Source of the DNA: Octopus vulgaris
Taxonomy: Eukaryota
Length of the DNA stretch: 64,000 nt
Direction of reading: 5' to 3'
Assembly: GCA_951406725.2 (NCBI GenBank)
Contig: OX597822.1
Coordinates: forward strand, 79,112,001 to 79,176,000
The position numbers and the translations under genes were made by a program. Under the pieces are notes generated by a model. It was not told the origin of the DNA and did not search any database. It was given only the letters and a program-made list of their open reading frames with translations. Positions 24,414 through 37,284 of the stretch are shown one piece after another (the stretch's first letter is position 1; the number at the start of each line of letters is the position of its first letter).

Positions 24414-27400
24414 CTGAAGGTAATTCAACTTATTTCTTCAAAGTCAAACAGCAACATAGAATCTTGTAGGCTCAAAATATATTATTTTCTTTCAGTGGTT
24501 TTTTTTTTTTTTGATAGGTAGTGCTGCAGTATGGCCACAGTGTATGACTGCTACAATAAAAGAATCTATATGAATGCATCAATATATCTAACTAATATAA
24601 TTAGTGTTAAGAATTACATATTCCTGATCTAAATACAGATATACAAAGTGTGAGATTGACACAAAAGAAATGATACAAAGACTACCAATATGGAAGTGGC
24701 TCAAACAATACGAACAATACAAGAGCTATTGAGCCAGGAATAGTAACTACTGTGCAACCTGGTAATTATGTAGCTGTGACAGAAATGGAAATAGAGAAGA
24801 CAAAATTTGTTTTCTAACACTTTCGAAAATATAAATTGGAAAAATATTAAAGAAACAAATGTAATCACTCTGAAGATGAGAATGGAAACAAGGGAATTAT
24901 CGAAAATGTACTCAAACTTTAAGAATAGATATCTTCCTGGTAAATAACAAAACACAAGGCCACAATTATCTTTACTGGTGGCATGTAAAAAGCACTATCT
25001 GAATTTGATCGATGCCAGGCCCACCTGACAGGCTCCTGTGCCGCTGGCATGTAAAAAGCACCCACTAAACCCTTGGAGTGGTTGGCGTTAGGAAGAGCAT
25101 CCAGCTGTAGAAACATTGCCAGATCAGATTGCAGCCGCTGGCTCTCCAGACCTCAGTCAAACCGTTCAACCTCTGCCAGCATGGAAAATGGATGTTAAAC
25201 AATGATGATGACAATAGTGATGATTATAGGTGAGAGGGAATATTCAATTAAATTATCTTCGGTACTTGACTGGAACTTCTTTAACTTAGTAGACTGTGAA
25301 AGGCTATGTTGGCTTCACTGGGATTTGAATTCATTATTATTTAATGTACACTTTATCATGTCAGCATAGGTCAGATGGATTTTACTGAGGCAGATTTTTC
25401 TAACTAGATGTCCCTCTTGTTGCCAACCTTCACCTGTTTCCAGATAAGGTAAGACTTCCCTATGGCCAGACATGTTTTTCATAGAAGACTGGAAACCACC
25501 AACACGACCTGCACATGCTGTCAAGACAGTAAGCTTCTTAACCACACAGCAGCATCTGTGCCTGTACAAAATGATAAAAAGCCAGACATAGACACAGAAA
25601 AACATTGTGTCAGGTACACTATTGTATCTGGCCCTCCACCATTGTAATCAGTTCTAACATTGACACACTCACGCACACACACAAATAAAAAAAAACACTT
25701 CACCCAGAAAGTAACGAATTCAACTGTACAGACATCAGTACATAACTAGTATTGATTGCCTGAAGGCCAAGATGACACCAGTGGGATTTAAACTCAAAAC
25801 AGTGTGGTGACTAAATACAGTAAATCTAATATTTCTGCCCATCACCACTTTCTCTCTAATAAAATTAATCAATGACAGGTGAGAGGTGAATTCATTTGAG
25901 AAATAGTTAAACATTCAATGTCTAAACAATACAAAATGAGGATTTAGTGAAAATGTATTAGTTTCAGGTAAACCTTGACAGAGCAGACCTATGATCAAAG
26001 GCAGTCCAGATGTGATCAACCCCTCCTTTATTCAGACACAATGTATCTTAGAGTACTATATATAAAGTGTATTTCCATTTTTTAAAGATCATGGCATGTG
26101 GTTTGAAGATTTAGCTATTATTTCTAGTAGAATTACTACCTACATATAGGCTCCCTCATTGATCTGTTTGTCCTGTGCTGTTATCCCCAGGTCAAGTGTT
26201 AGCAATTTGTAGCTTGTCAGAAGTACTGTCCACAAAAGTATTTTGTATTACATACTTGCATTAATGAGAAAATACAAGTTTCATCAAGAATTCTCTAAGT
26301 TGTACTAATTAGGTTATTACTAATTAAGATACACATGTAGAGAACAGCATTTGTAGAAGTAATTAATGACATGCTTGGTACTTATTAATATCATCATCAT
26401 CGTCATTTAACATCCATTTTCCATGCTGGCATGGTTTGAATAAGGACTGGCAAGCCAGGAGGCCTCACCAGGCTCCAATCTGATCTGGCAATGTTTCTAT
26501 AGCTGGATGTATGTATGTATGTATATATATATATATATACATACATGCATGTACACACGTACACACACACACGAATGCATAAATGTACACACACACACAA
26601 ACACATTCACGGTTATATGGTCAAGAGCATGTATCTTCTAATGAGGCCTAAAGCTGACCAGGGCTTCTGCCAAGATTTCAACTTTTCTTCCACAGGAGTG
26701 TAGTATTCAAAGAATTAGAAACTATCAATACTTTATATTATTATCAAGAATTAAGAATTATTAACAACAGGTGTTATAAGATTATGTATTTAGCAGAAAG
26801 ATGGGTGCAGCCCATAGCCTTTGGCATGCTTTCCCCTGACAAGTGCAGTTGAAGTGCTAGGATTATCAGCATATTCTTCTCATCATCGCCATCACTTACA
26901 TATATGGTTTTCTATGGTGACATAGTGAGGAAGCTTTGAATGGGTCTGCACAAGGCACAAATCGTTTATCCACTGACACTTGTAACAATCTATTTGAAAT
27001 CTGACAAAACCTTCTTTGTATCCTTCTCAGTTTTTCAAGATGTCCCATAAATAACAAAGCATTTAACATTGTATTAATGTTTAAATACTGCCATTATTTG
27101 TGGGATAGCTGGCACGTGCAAGTTATATAACTATATAATTTTATTTACCCAGACCTTAATACATTGCTTGTTAATCAGCCCCTTGGTAGCCAGTTCTTCA
27201 GTGAATGAGATTCCCATTTAGGGAGGGGACACCATTTAAGTATCTAGCTACTTGCATAACTGCAAATGTTCAGTGCCAATTAGCCATGACAAAACATTAT
27301 ATAACCTGACTACTAATTTGTAACAAAAGTTAGCAGAAAACTGTTTTTCAAGAAATACATGCAATTTACAATCTCTACACTTCCTCACACACAAACACAA

Positions 27401-28656
27401 TTTAAAGAGAAAAATAACACGTAAAGACAGAAAGCAATACAAAGCATCTGTCGAGAAACCACAGATTTAGAAACATATATTTGTGGGTATGTGTGTGCAT
27501 GTAATAAAAAAGAATATATTTTTATTACAAAAGCAGCATGTTCTAATGTTTGTATAAGGTTATATAATACACATATTGCTTCACAACACAAATAAATGCC
27601 ATGTGCTCCATCAGTTAGATTTTAAAGTGTAAAACCTAATGAAATACTGCATTACCTGATACACCCCTGTATATATTCATGCATGAATGAATACACGCAC
27701 AAGTGTGTGCACATGCATGTATGAGCATGTGTGTGTGTAAGGCAGCTGATTAGCAGAGTTGTTACAGCATAGAACAAAATGCATTGCAATACTTGTTCCA
27801 GCTACCTGCATTCTGAGTTCAAAACCTACCAAGTTCAACTCTACCTTTCATCCATTCACAGTTGATAAAGGACCAACTGAATGCTGTTTTAGCCTTCTCT
27901 CCCTCCAGCTGTCACATCCTTGATGATCCCTTGGGTCAAGGGTGGAAGGGTTGAGAAGGTATCTATGCCAACTCGCAACTACATGGGTACCTAAAACAAT
28001 GAGTGGAAGTATAGTATAATATTACCCAGTAATCTTCGATTCTGAGGGATGGCCATAGTTAGATATGTATATACAGAGTGACTTAAAAGTCCTTTTAGCA
28101 ATAATATAAAAGTAGCTAACATTGAGGTCACTTTAGCCCCCTCATACTTCCTCACCACAGCCTTCACCCATCTTTCCACTGCATTCAATACTCCACTCTC
28201 GATACCCAGTCCCCTTGTTTATGGCCCTGACACAGGGATTCCAAGAAAACTAGTCAAATGCTCTACCATTCATACTGCTAGCTGATCAGACTTCACCTTA
28301 GGTAATTAAACTAGGTATGCCCAGACAAATTAACAGGATTACTGTTATACTATGCCATTTTTAGAACAATGAATATTTTCTCATCCAATGATAATGATAT
28401 TTATCAAGATATCAAAGGTTGTATTCAAAATATATAAAAACAAAATTTTTAGAAAATATAAAATAAAAATTCTATAGATAAATTTTATATATAAGCAGAG
28501 ATATGGCTATATAGTCAAGAAGCTTGCTTTGCGACCATATGATTGTGGGTTCAGTCCCACTTCATAATACCTTGGGCAGGTGTCTTTATAGCTGTGTCAA
28601 CCAATTCCTTGTAAGTGAATTTGGTAGATGGATTCTCTGTGGAAGCCTGACATATA

Positions 28657-29519
28657 CAGAGTGCAGTACATTTATTGTCATCTAAATTATGCAAAAATTA
28701 AAATAACACTGACTTCTCATTTTAACAGATATATTTACTAAAATCATATAAAAATATCTTGAAATACTAAAGAGTAAATTCAATAAAATGGCCATTGGCT
28801 TCAACTACGGCTTCCAGACGACTTTGGAATATCCTGCAACTCTTCTGGATAGTCTCCTTATTTAAGTTAGTGAATGCTGCCATAATCATTGCCTTCAGTT
28901 ATTCCTTGATGTTACAAGGAGTTTTGTTGGTCTCTTGCTCAACTGTGCCCCACACATAATAATCAAGGGGGTTGCAGTCTGAGGAGTTAGGTGGCCAGAT
29001 GTTAGGGGTGATGTGGTCACAGAAATTGTCTGACAGCCATGAATGGGCTCTTCTGCTTGTGTGGCATGGTGCAGAGTCCTGTTGCCAGACATAGGGTCTT
29101 CCAGCAGGCACCCTCTTGACCCAGGACAACACCACCCCTACCAGGCATTTGATGTAGGCCCCCATGTTGAGTCTGAGGTTGTGCAGGAAAAAGAATGGAG
29201 TCATAACATTGCCATCACTAGTGATCACTCCAAACACGATGATGGATTTTTGATTTTTATCACTCTTGGTAAATATCCTCAGATTGACACTCAAACACTC
29301 TAAAATGTTTATGCTGGAGTTTCCAGCACGAATGCCAAGCAGCAATACAGCATGTCATTTCCAAATTTCTGGTAGAGTGAATTGTGTCATGGTGCTGTTT
29401 TTCTCAGACGGTACCCGACTGGCCCTACTATACTGTGTAGTCAAGAAAATCAAAATCAAACAATGCGCATGCATGAAATTAAAAACATAAAATGGGAACA
29501 ATTTAACCATCGCACCCTG
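28657..29519 (-). mobile_element. Tc1/mariner DD37D (maT) transposon, internally deleted
   Basis: TA flanks on both sides; TIRs CAGAGTGCAGTACATTTATTGT / CAGGGTGCGATGGTTAAATTGT; ORF 28899-29345 contains WQQDSAPCHTS..WPPNSSDCNPLDY with 37 residues between the 2nd and 3rd catalytic Asp. Confidence 0.93.
28899..29345 (-). pseudogene. Truncated DD37D transposase
   Basis: C-terminal catalytic motifs present; most of the HTH region and the first-Asp region are deleted. Confidence 0.9.
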
Positions 29520-31042
29520 TATATGTATGAGAGTTTGCTTTTGCCCCCTCCCACCACCACAGAATCAGTGTTGGTTTGTTTACATCCATGTAACTTAGCA
29601 GTGCAGCAAAAAGGATGTATAGAATAAGTATAGGTGACATTTTATTCGATTAAATTCTTTAAGGTGGTGCCCAGCAAGGCCACAGTTCAATGACCGAAAC
29701 AAGTAGAAGATACAAGATAAAAGATATATAATTTAAATGCAAATGAAAATTCATCATCATTATGTATGCATATGTGTATGAGTGAGGAGAACAGAGCAGA
29801 ACCAACACCTTTCAGACGCCCTTCATGACTGGTGAGATTGATACAGTTGTTCATTTTGATGGGTGCCTCTTTGAATTCATGTATGTGGGCATCTGTACAA
29901 AAACACATGTACATGCATACACCTGAAGAAAGTTTAGTAAAAATATAAAAAAAGGAACCCTACTTATGTTCCACTCCAATCAGATGTTAATGTTATTAGT
30001 CTATTAGTCAGTACGCATACACACAAAAAAAAGGACCTGTTTTCCTTAGAACAATATAGCAACAACAACAACACCATTTAGGACTATGATGAATAAATCA
30101 CAGCAGAAACAGGAAACAGTTTGCATATGTCAAAATATGTTCTGAGGAATGAGAAGGGATGGAGAGGTAAGTTTTGGATTACAGGATAGATGCAATTATT
30201 CTCATCATTTTCTCAGGTGTAATTCAATAAAGAGTCTTGTTTCTATAACAAGCACAACAAAGGCACCAACAATTCCCTACCCCCACCTGCTTTTTTTTTT
30301 CTGTATATAAAAGAACAACTCAACTGTAGATACACTTAAGAAAATCATGATAATATTTGCACACAAATGAAATACACACCCACAAACTCACACATGAACT
30401 TACATATATACACTCACATATATAAATGCATACAAACATCCACATTACAAATATGCAGGAAAGAGATAGTGACTATAGCTAGAATGTTGTAACCAGTAGA
30501 ACATGTGTTTTTTGTCATATAAGTAAACATACATACACACACACACACACACATATATACATATCTTGCATCTTTTACTTGTTTCAGTCATTAGACTGCA
30601 GCCATGTTGACGCCACCTTGAATAATTTTTAGTCAAATGGATTGACCCCAATACTTAGTTGCCTTCTTTTTAAAACTTGGTACTTATTCTATCGTACTCT
30701 TTTACATGAACCGCAAACTTACGAGGACATAAATACATCAGCACTGGTTGTCAAGCAGTGATGCGGGGACAAACACACACATGCGCATGCATGCATGCAC
30801 ACACACACACGTATATGGTCAACCCAAGGCTACATTAAAGACATTTGCTCAAGATGCCATTTCTGTCTACCAAATTTCAATCACAACACCTATGAGTGGG
30901 ATTTGTTGGATTGGTAAACTTGAGTCTAAAGTACAAGGTGCTTGACCACAGTGCCACAGAGTGAGATTGAATGCAAAACATGTGGTTGAAAAACAAATTT
31001 CTTAACCACATAACCTTCTGACTTATAGGCATAAACATGGCT

Positions 31043-31161
31043 AACTTACAGCACTTGTGTTTCCCAAACAGTCACCCGCCTAAGTATTAGCTAATCTCAA
31101 CATTACTCAATGTTGGTGATCAAACACAAACAAATGTTTTTAATGTGATATGGCAATAAAC
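31043..31161 (-). pseudogene. Decayed full-length 5S rRNA pseudogene
   Basis: 119 nt colinear with metazoan 5S: minus strand GTTTATTGCCATATCACATT..GATCACCAACATTGAG..CTAATACTTAGGCGGGTGACTGTTTGGGAAACACAAGTGCTGTAAG; many CpG-type transitions. Confidence 0.8.
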
Positions 31162-31473
31162 TTGTATTTGAAATACACACATGCCGTGTGTTTGTGTGTG
31201 TGTGTGTGCTACACTGCACTCTCAGTCACTATTAATGATAATTGAATTTTTCCATTTTTGGTTTTACATCTAGCCACCTTCATTATTTTATATATATGTG
31301 TGGGGTAGGGTGCAGGGTGGCTGTGTGGTAAGAAACTTGCTTCCCAACCACATGGTTCTGGGTTTAGTTTCACTGCATGGCACCTTCGACAAAGGTCTTC
31401 TACTATAGCTTCAGGCTGACCAAAGCCTCGTGAGTAGGTTTGGTAGATGGAAACTAAAAGAAGCCCATTGCGC

Positions 31474-31511
<38 letters not shown>

Positions 31512-31514
<3 letters not shown>

Positions 31515-31624
31515 CCTGCTTGCTTAGCCAGCGGGGTGGCGTCATTTCAAGGCTAAAACAATGCGAAGCGCATTGTGACCAGCGATGTGTAGCAACATCT
31601 GATAGCCTGGTTGGTCACGGTGAT
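31512..31624 (+). mobile_element. Young CpG-rich ~110-bp insert in (TA)n, probably a LINE 3' end
   Basis: GGCCTGCTTGCTTAGCCAGCGGGG..CAATGCGAAGCGCATTG..GGTCACGGTGA flanked on both sides by (TA)n; internal hairpin. Confidence 0.55.
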
Positions 31625-31635
31625 ATATATATATG

Positions 31636-32464
31636 TTAGTTAGTTAGTTAGTTAGTTAATTTTTTGGCTCAAAAAGCAAAAAGCAAGGCCATGTAGGGGG
31701 ACATGGAGTTATGTACAGGGTGGTGTTCAGGTAAAGAGTTCAGGCCACTTGAGGTCAAGGGAGACTTTGAACCGAGCGGTCGTCGGCATCTTCACCATCT
31801 CATCTGGCAGCTTATTCCACGGATCCACAACCCAGACGGAGAAAGCCCCTCTCCTTCGATTGAGATGAAATCGTCGCAGATAGAACTTTTCGGAATGACC
31901 CCGCAGCCGACGCTCTGGAGCAGGAGTGAAGAACAGCTCTTTCGAGATGTTACACCTTCCGCTTATGATGTTGTGAGCAAGAATGAGATCTCCACGGCGG
32001 CGGCGTTTTTCTAGAGAATAAAGGTCGAGTGTCTTCAGCCTTTCTTCATAAGACAAATTCTTGAGACCAAGAACCATGCGGGTAGCCAGCTTCTGGACTC
32101 TTTCGAGATGCTGTATGTCTTTGAGGAGATAAGGAGAAGAGGCTTGAATCCCGTACTCCAATATGGGTCTCACCAGCGTGACATAGAGCGGTAGGAATAT
32201 GGCTGCTGTGAGCATTCCAAATGACCGTCGAATCAAGAACAGAATTCCGCGTGCTTTGTTGGCAGCATGGACGCACTGGGCCGAAGGCGAAAAGGAGGAA
32301 TCCACCAAGATACCCAGGTCCTTTACCTGATTGGTCCTCTCCAGCAGCAGACGAGCCGGCTCGAAATCAAGTTGAGTTGCAGGAGGAGAGCCAACAGGCA
32401 GATGACAGCAATTTGACACATTCAGACACAGGTCCCATTCGTTAGACCATCTCCAAATTTGGTG
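31636..32464 (-). mobile_element. CR1-clade LINE, 5'-truncated, young
   Basis: Open frame with WRWSNEWDLCLN, KDLGILVD, LVRPILEY, LERVQKLATR, RRRGDLI; 3' UTR hairpin CCATGT/ACATGG; (TAAC)n tail. Confidence 0.95.
31727..32463 (-). CDS. C-terminal part of CR1 ORF2 (end of RT plus C-terminal domain); stop-free but 5'-truncated
   Basis: The 230-aa track ORF extends in frame upstream to the truncation point. Confidence 0.85.
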
Positions 32465-32726
32465 TGTTTTTGTGTATGTGTTTATTTACTCATCCCTGTA
32501 ACTTAGTGGGTCAGCAAAAGTGACCGATAGAATAACTACTAAACTTAAAATCTTCCAAGGCGATGCTCCAGTGTGGTCACAGTCAAATGACTGAAACAAG
32601 TAAAAGAATAAAATAATACGTATACATGTAAGAATACATCTAAATTATTTGTTTATATACAAGCTAAATTTTATGATCACAACAGGCTGTGTTTTACAAT
32701 CACACCAAAAAGAAGCCTATTTATTC

Positions 32727-32779
<53 letters not shown>

Positions 32780-34683
32780 AGTAGTACAAGTAGACTTGGG
32801 CATAAGAGAAAGGGCAGAGAGAGTGAGAGGGCTTACATCTCTGTACTTTTGTACATGAGTACAGTATTCTATGGAAATACATATAGACTGTGTACCACAA
32901 AGCAAAAATCATTATACTACACACAAAAATTGTTAAGCATACAAAATGTTAAATATACACAAACACTGCCTACCTACCTAACTATACACCCACCCATACA
33001 CACACCCACACACTGCATGTGTGCGTAATAAAGACATACTAATAAACCCTTGAAACTGGAGAAAGGAAAGGAAAAAAGCAGATGACTTTCTCGGCTGTAC
33101 ACACACACACACACATACACACACATATATATATTCCACCCCACCACCATTTCACCATGAAATGCTGAGTTATACAATCTGAAGAGTTGAAATTTCTGCT
33201 GCAGGAGTTTCACAAACAGAAAATTGATATCAATGTTGAAAAAATTCGTTAAAACTGAAAATAGATAAAAATGTAAATAAATAAATAAATAAATGTAAAT
33301 AAATATATGTAAGCATTTGTTCCAGCCTCTTCAAGTTGGAGACTGAGATGAATTCGAAAAAGAAAAGAAGCAGAGAGAGAAAAAAAGGAGAGAGAAAAAA
33401 AAAAAAGAGAAATAAATGGAAGGAAAATATATTTGATGCTTTCAGACAAAAGTGGTTGAAAATAAAAGGAAAATGGAGAGACAGAAATGAAGGAATCATT
33501 CTTCACAGGAAGTAAACATATCTATGATGTCATATCCTGATCTGTCTTTTGTTTGTTTTCTTCCAATTACAGTTTTGATCTTAGTAAATTGTTTGTTTTT
33601 TTTTGTTTTTTTAAAGAAATATGAAAATATGAAATCCAATACTTATCTTTATTTGCCATGAGGGCAATGAGTGAGAGGACATTACAAGGCCAAAATATGA
33701 AACTAGTAGAGTTTAACATAGAATTGTGTCTGAGAGAACAGATATGAAAACAATGGTAGAAAAGGAGATAAAAAATTTCCACTAAGAGAAAAAACCCACT
33801 CACAAAACCCTCCAGATCCTGAATTACCTTCACTGCTAAGGACCAGTATCTTCTCCAAGCTGTGTTTAACCTGAAGGTGCATGTTGTGAATAGGCTCATT
33901 CACTCAGGCTACACACTCAACTTTCAGTAAGAGCAGCACCACCATTTTTATTCTCACTTCCTTCCCTTCTCTAAGTAAAACCTGTAGAAGTTTTGCTTAA
34001 GAAACAAGTAAATGTCCCTATTTTATTCTATCTTGTTCACCATACAACCTCTTTTGCTATAGACATATGACATAAAGTAATATTTATATTACATTTGGTT
34101 GATAACCAGATATGTCAAGCAGCTATTTTCATTGCTAGATATAACTTCACAACATTGAATGAATATTGTCTAAGTTAATCTTGACTTTCATGCGTTCAAT
34201 GTAATCCTCTGTCCATTCACTTCAAAATGTGTGGCCTTGCGCCTATGCTAGAAATCATTAGGCAACAGAATAGAATTAGGCCAGCCACACTAACACTCAA
34301 GGACCAACAACCAAACCACTGCCACACTACCATCCACCAAATAGATGCTTAAATTCACCTGAATATAAGCAATGCTGATTCAGTTCTGTAAGATCTACAT
34401 CTGGTTTCATTTAAATGGAATCCATCAAGCTTTCACACCACTTTCCATCTTTCACTCTATTCTCCCATTACTTCTTTGATCCCTTCAGATTCCAGCATTT
34501 CTTTTGCATGCAAACACATACATACAAACATACAATGCATACACAAGGTGGTACCAACTATCATCACATGAGGAAATACATTTACTAAGATTTTTACTTG
34601 TATTCTTAAAGACCTACATGTGTGTATGTATATATATGTGAATATATATATATATATATATATATGTACTGTGTGTGTACATA

Positions 34684-34860
<177 letters not shown>

Positions 34861-34959
34861 CATACACACACACACCAACAGTATATAAGCACACATACAT
34901 ACACATCCATTCTACACTAGGCATTATAGGAACCTGGTCCACTGGTTCAGGCAGATACA

Positions 34960-35330
34960 TGTATGGTGGAAAATATAAAACACTTTCAGCATTTAGGTAG
35001 CCATCTATCACAGATATTGAGAGATCCAACACTAGATAAAGCACACCAACACAAACCGTCTCAGTGCATGATACTTATATACTCATCTCAAAAAAACTAG
35101 ATAACCTAACTTATGGAATATGAGGCAGTTGTTATACCCCTTCTTATACACAGCACTGAAAGTTGGGTACTATGTATAAAAAAGCAACATCGCTACAATC
35201 TAGAAATATACCAGGAGAAATATCTGAAGAAAATCATGCACAACCAGAGGTAGAAGGGATGGAAGAATGCCAGCTTATGCAAGTAAGCCATTGAATCCAA
35301 TGATTTAGTAGCACCAGCTTCAATAGGTTC
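34960..35330 (+). pseudogene. Decayed RTE (BovB-like) LINE fragment
   Basis: [15 protein letters not shown] and YEAVVIPLLIHSTESWVL..LEIYQEKYLKKIM resemble RTE motifs F.YLGS and Y.AVVLP.LLYG.E.W. Confidence 0.7.
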
Positions 35331-36024
35331 ATCATTATCATCAACATTTTAACACCCACTTTTCCATGCTTGCATGGGTCAGATGGAATCTATTGAGGTG
35401 GATTATATAACTGGATGCTCTTCCTGTCACCAACTCTTAACTGTTTTCAAGTAAGATATTTCCCATGACTAGACATGTTTTCAAGGAAGGCTGGAAACAA
35501 AGGACACAGCTTGCATGTCAGTGACACATGTTTACAACTCTCATACAGAGTCAAGGAAAGGAGACAGTAGCACACACACAGATGCATATACAAAGGGTTT
35601 CTTTTAGTTTCTGCCAATGAAATCCATTTACAAAGCTTTGGTTGGCCTGGGGCTACAGCAGAAGAAACTTGTATATACTTAGGGAAAGCAAATTGAATTC
35701 ATCTTGAGGGTGAAGTGAGTACATGACACTAATGAACTGAAATAACAGCAAAATGTCAATATTTGTCATTCTCATTCACTTGTGTGTGTGGTGGGGGTTA
35801 ATTTTGCCTGGCTTTGAAGTGTGCTGTGTGTTTATTAACACTCTACATATTAAAGGGACTTTCACTGGACAAAATACTGCAGTCAAAAAGCATTTAGCAA
35901 CATACATACATTAAGTATGTGACATTGATAATGTTTATATTATAGAACTACCTCTAACTTTAAATATATATATATATATAGTAAATCTAAACAAAAAAAA
36001 ACGAAGAACAAACACAAGAAGAAA

Positions 36025-36210
36025 AAAAACAACAATGTGAGGACATGGTACATGAAAAGTATTAGCAGACGCTCAGGGAAGGAAAGAAAGGTAGTTTTAC
36101 ATTTCGAGCAGAGTTCTTCATCAGAAGCAGGAGATGGAGGAAAACCCAAGAGAAAAAGAAGATAGAGGGGGAAAAATCACCAACGATCCACATGTGGTTA
36201 CATTTTGAAA
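36025..36210 (-). mobile_element. Short repeat carrying a minimal hammerhead motif (Penelope pLTR or retrozyme-like)
   Basis: Minus strand 36095-36128 reads GCTT-CTGATGA-A-GAAC-TCT-GCTC-GAAA-TGTA-AAAC; element boundaries approximate. Confidence 0.6.
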
Positions 36211-36623
36211 TATATAAGTAAATATGAGATTGATAGTACTATCAAAATACCATCACTAGTGGCAGCGAATACCAGCTGTACAAGCACAATTAATAATATA
36301 AGATACATACATATACAAGGGTATAATGTGAGCACCTGCACTGTTAATAATAGTAGTCAAAAATACTTCTGTGCTATGGAATAGTCACAAAATTGATATA
36401 AGCATGATAGGAAAAAATTCCAGTGAACAACAATATCGTCTTACCTCTGCTAGATCAGCAAAAGTAATGCTGATTAATTTGATATCACGATTTTGAATTT
36501 AGTGCCAAATGGTGCTTGTTCTCTTCAACCAAACCTGCCAGCCAACGGCTACTAAAATTTGCCCCCACCATACCTGTAAATTCGTTTGAAGTGGTCAAAC
36601 ACCACTTAAATAAACAAAACATG

Positions 36624-36658
<35 letters not shown>

Positions 36659-37224
36659 TACATGGAAAGATAGAGAAAGATGTACATGTGCATGACTGTT
36701 TGCTCCACCCCTAGACACCTCCTACCTGACAACCAGTGTTGGTTACTTTACATTCCCATAGCTTAAGTGGTTCAGTATAAGAGACCACTAGAATATGGAC
36801 CCGACTTAAAAAGTATTGGGGGCATTTTTGTTTGATTGGGCCTTTTAAGGCAGTGCCCCAGCATTCAAACACACACACACACACACACACACACATATCC
36901 ATACACACGACAGGTTTCTTTTAGTTTCCATCTATCACATCAACTGGGGCTATAGTAGAAGACACTAGCTCAAGGGACCACACAGTGGACAGTGGGACTG
37001 AACCCAGAACGATATGAGAAGCTATATCATCATCACTATGTGTGTGTATGTGTGTGTTTGTATGTACACACACACATACACACACACATACACACACACA
37101 TATATATATATATATATAAAATATATATATGCATACATATACAAATAGATGCATGCACAGATTTCCCATTTACACACAGGGTAATACTTAGAATTTTCAA
37201 CATCCTCATCCAATCTCTTTCCCC

Positions 37225-37284
<60 letters not shown>

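Larger units (their letters stand above)
28497..29720 (+). mobile_element. SINE family A split by the maT transposon
   Basis: Head at 28497-28650; tail at 29530-29720 (GTAACTTAGCAG..AATGACCGAAACAAGTAGAAG). Confidence 0.75.
31312..32612 (+). mobile_element. SINE family A split by two nested insertions
   Basis: Head at 31312-31470; tail at 32465-32612 ending AATGACTGAAACAAGTAAAAGAATAAAA. Confidence 0.8.
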
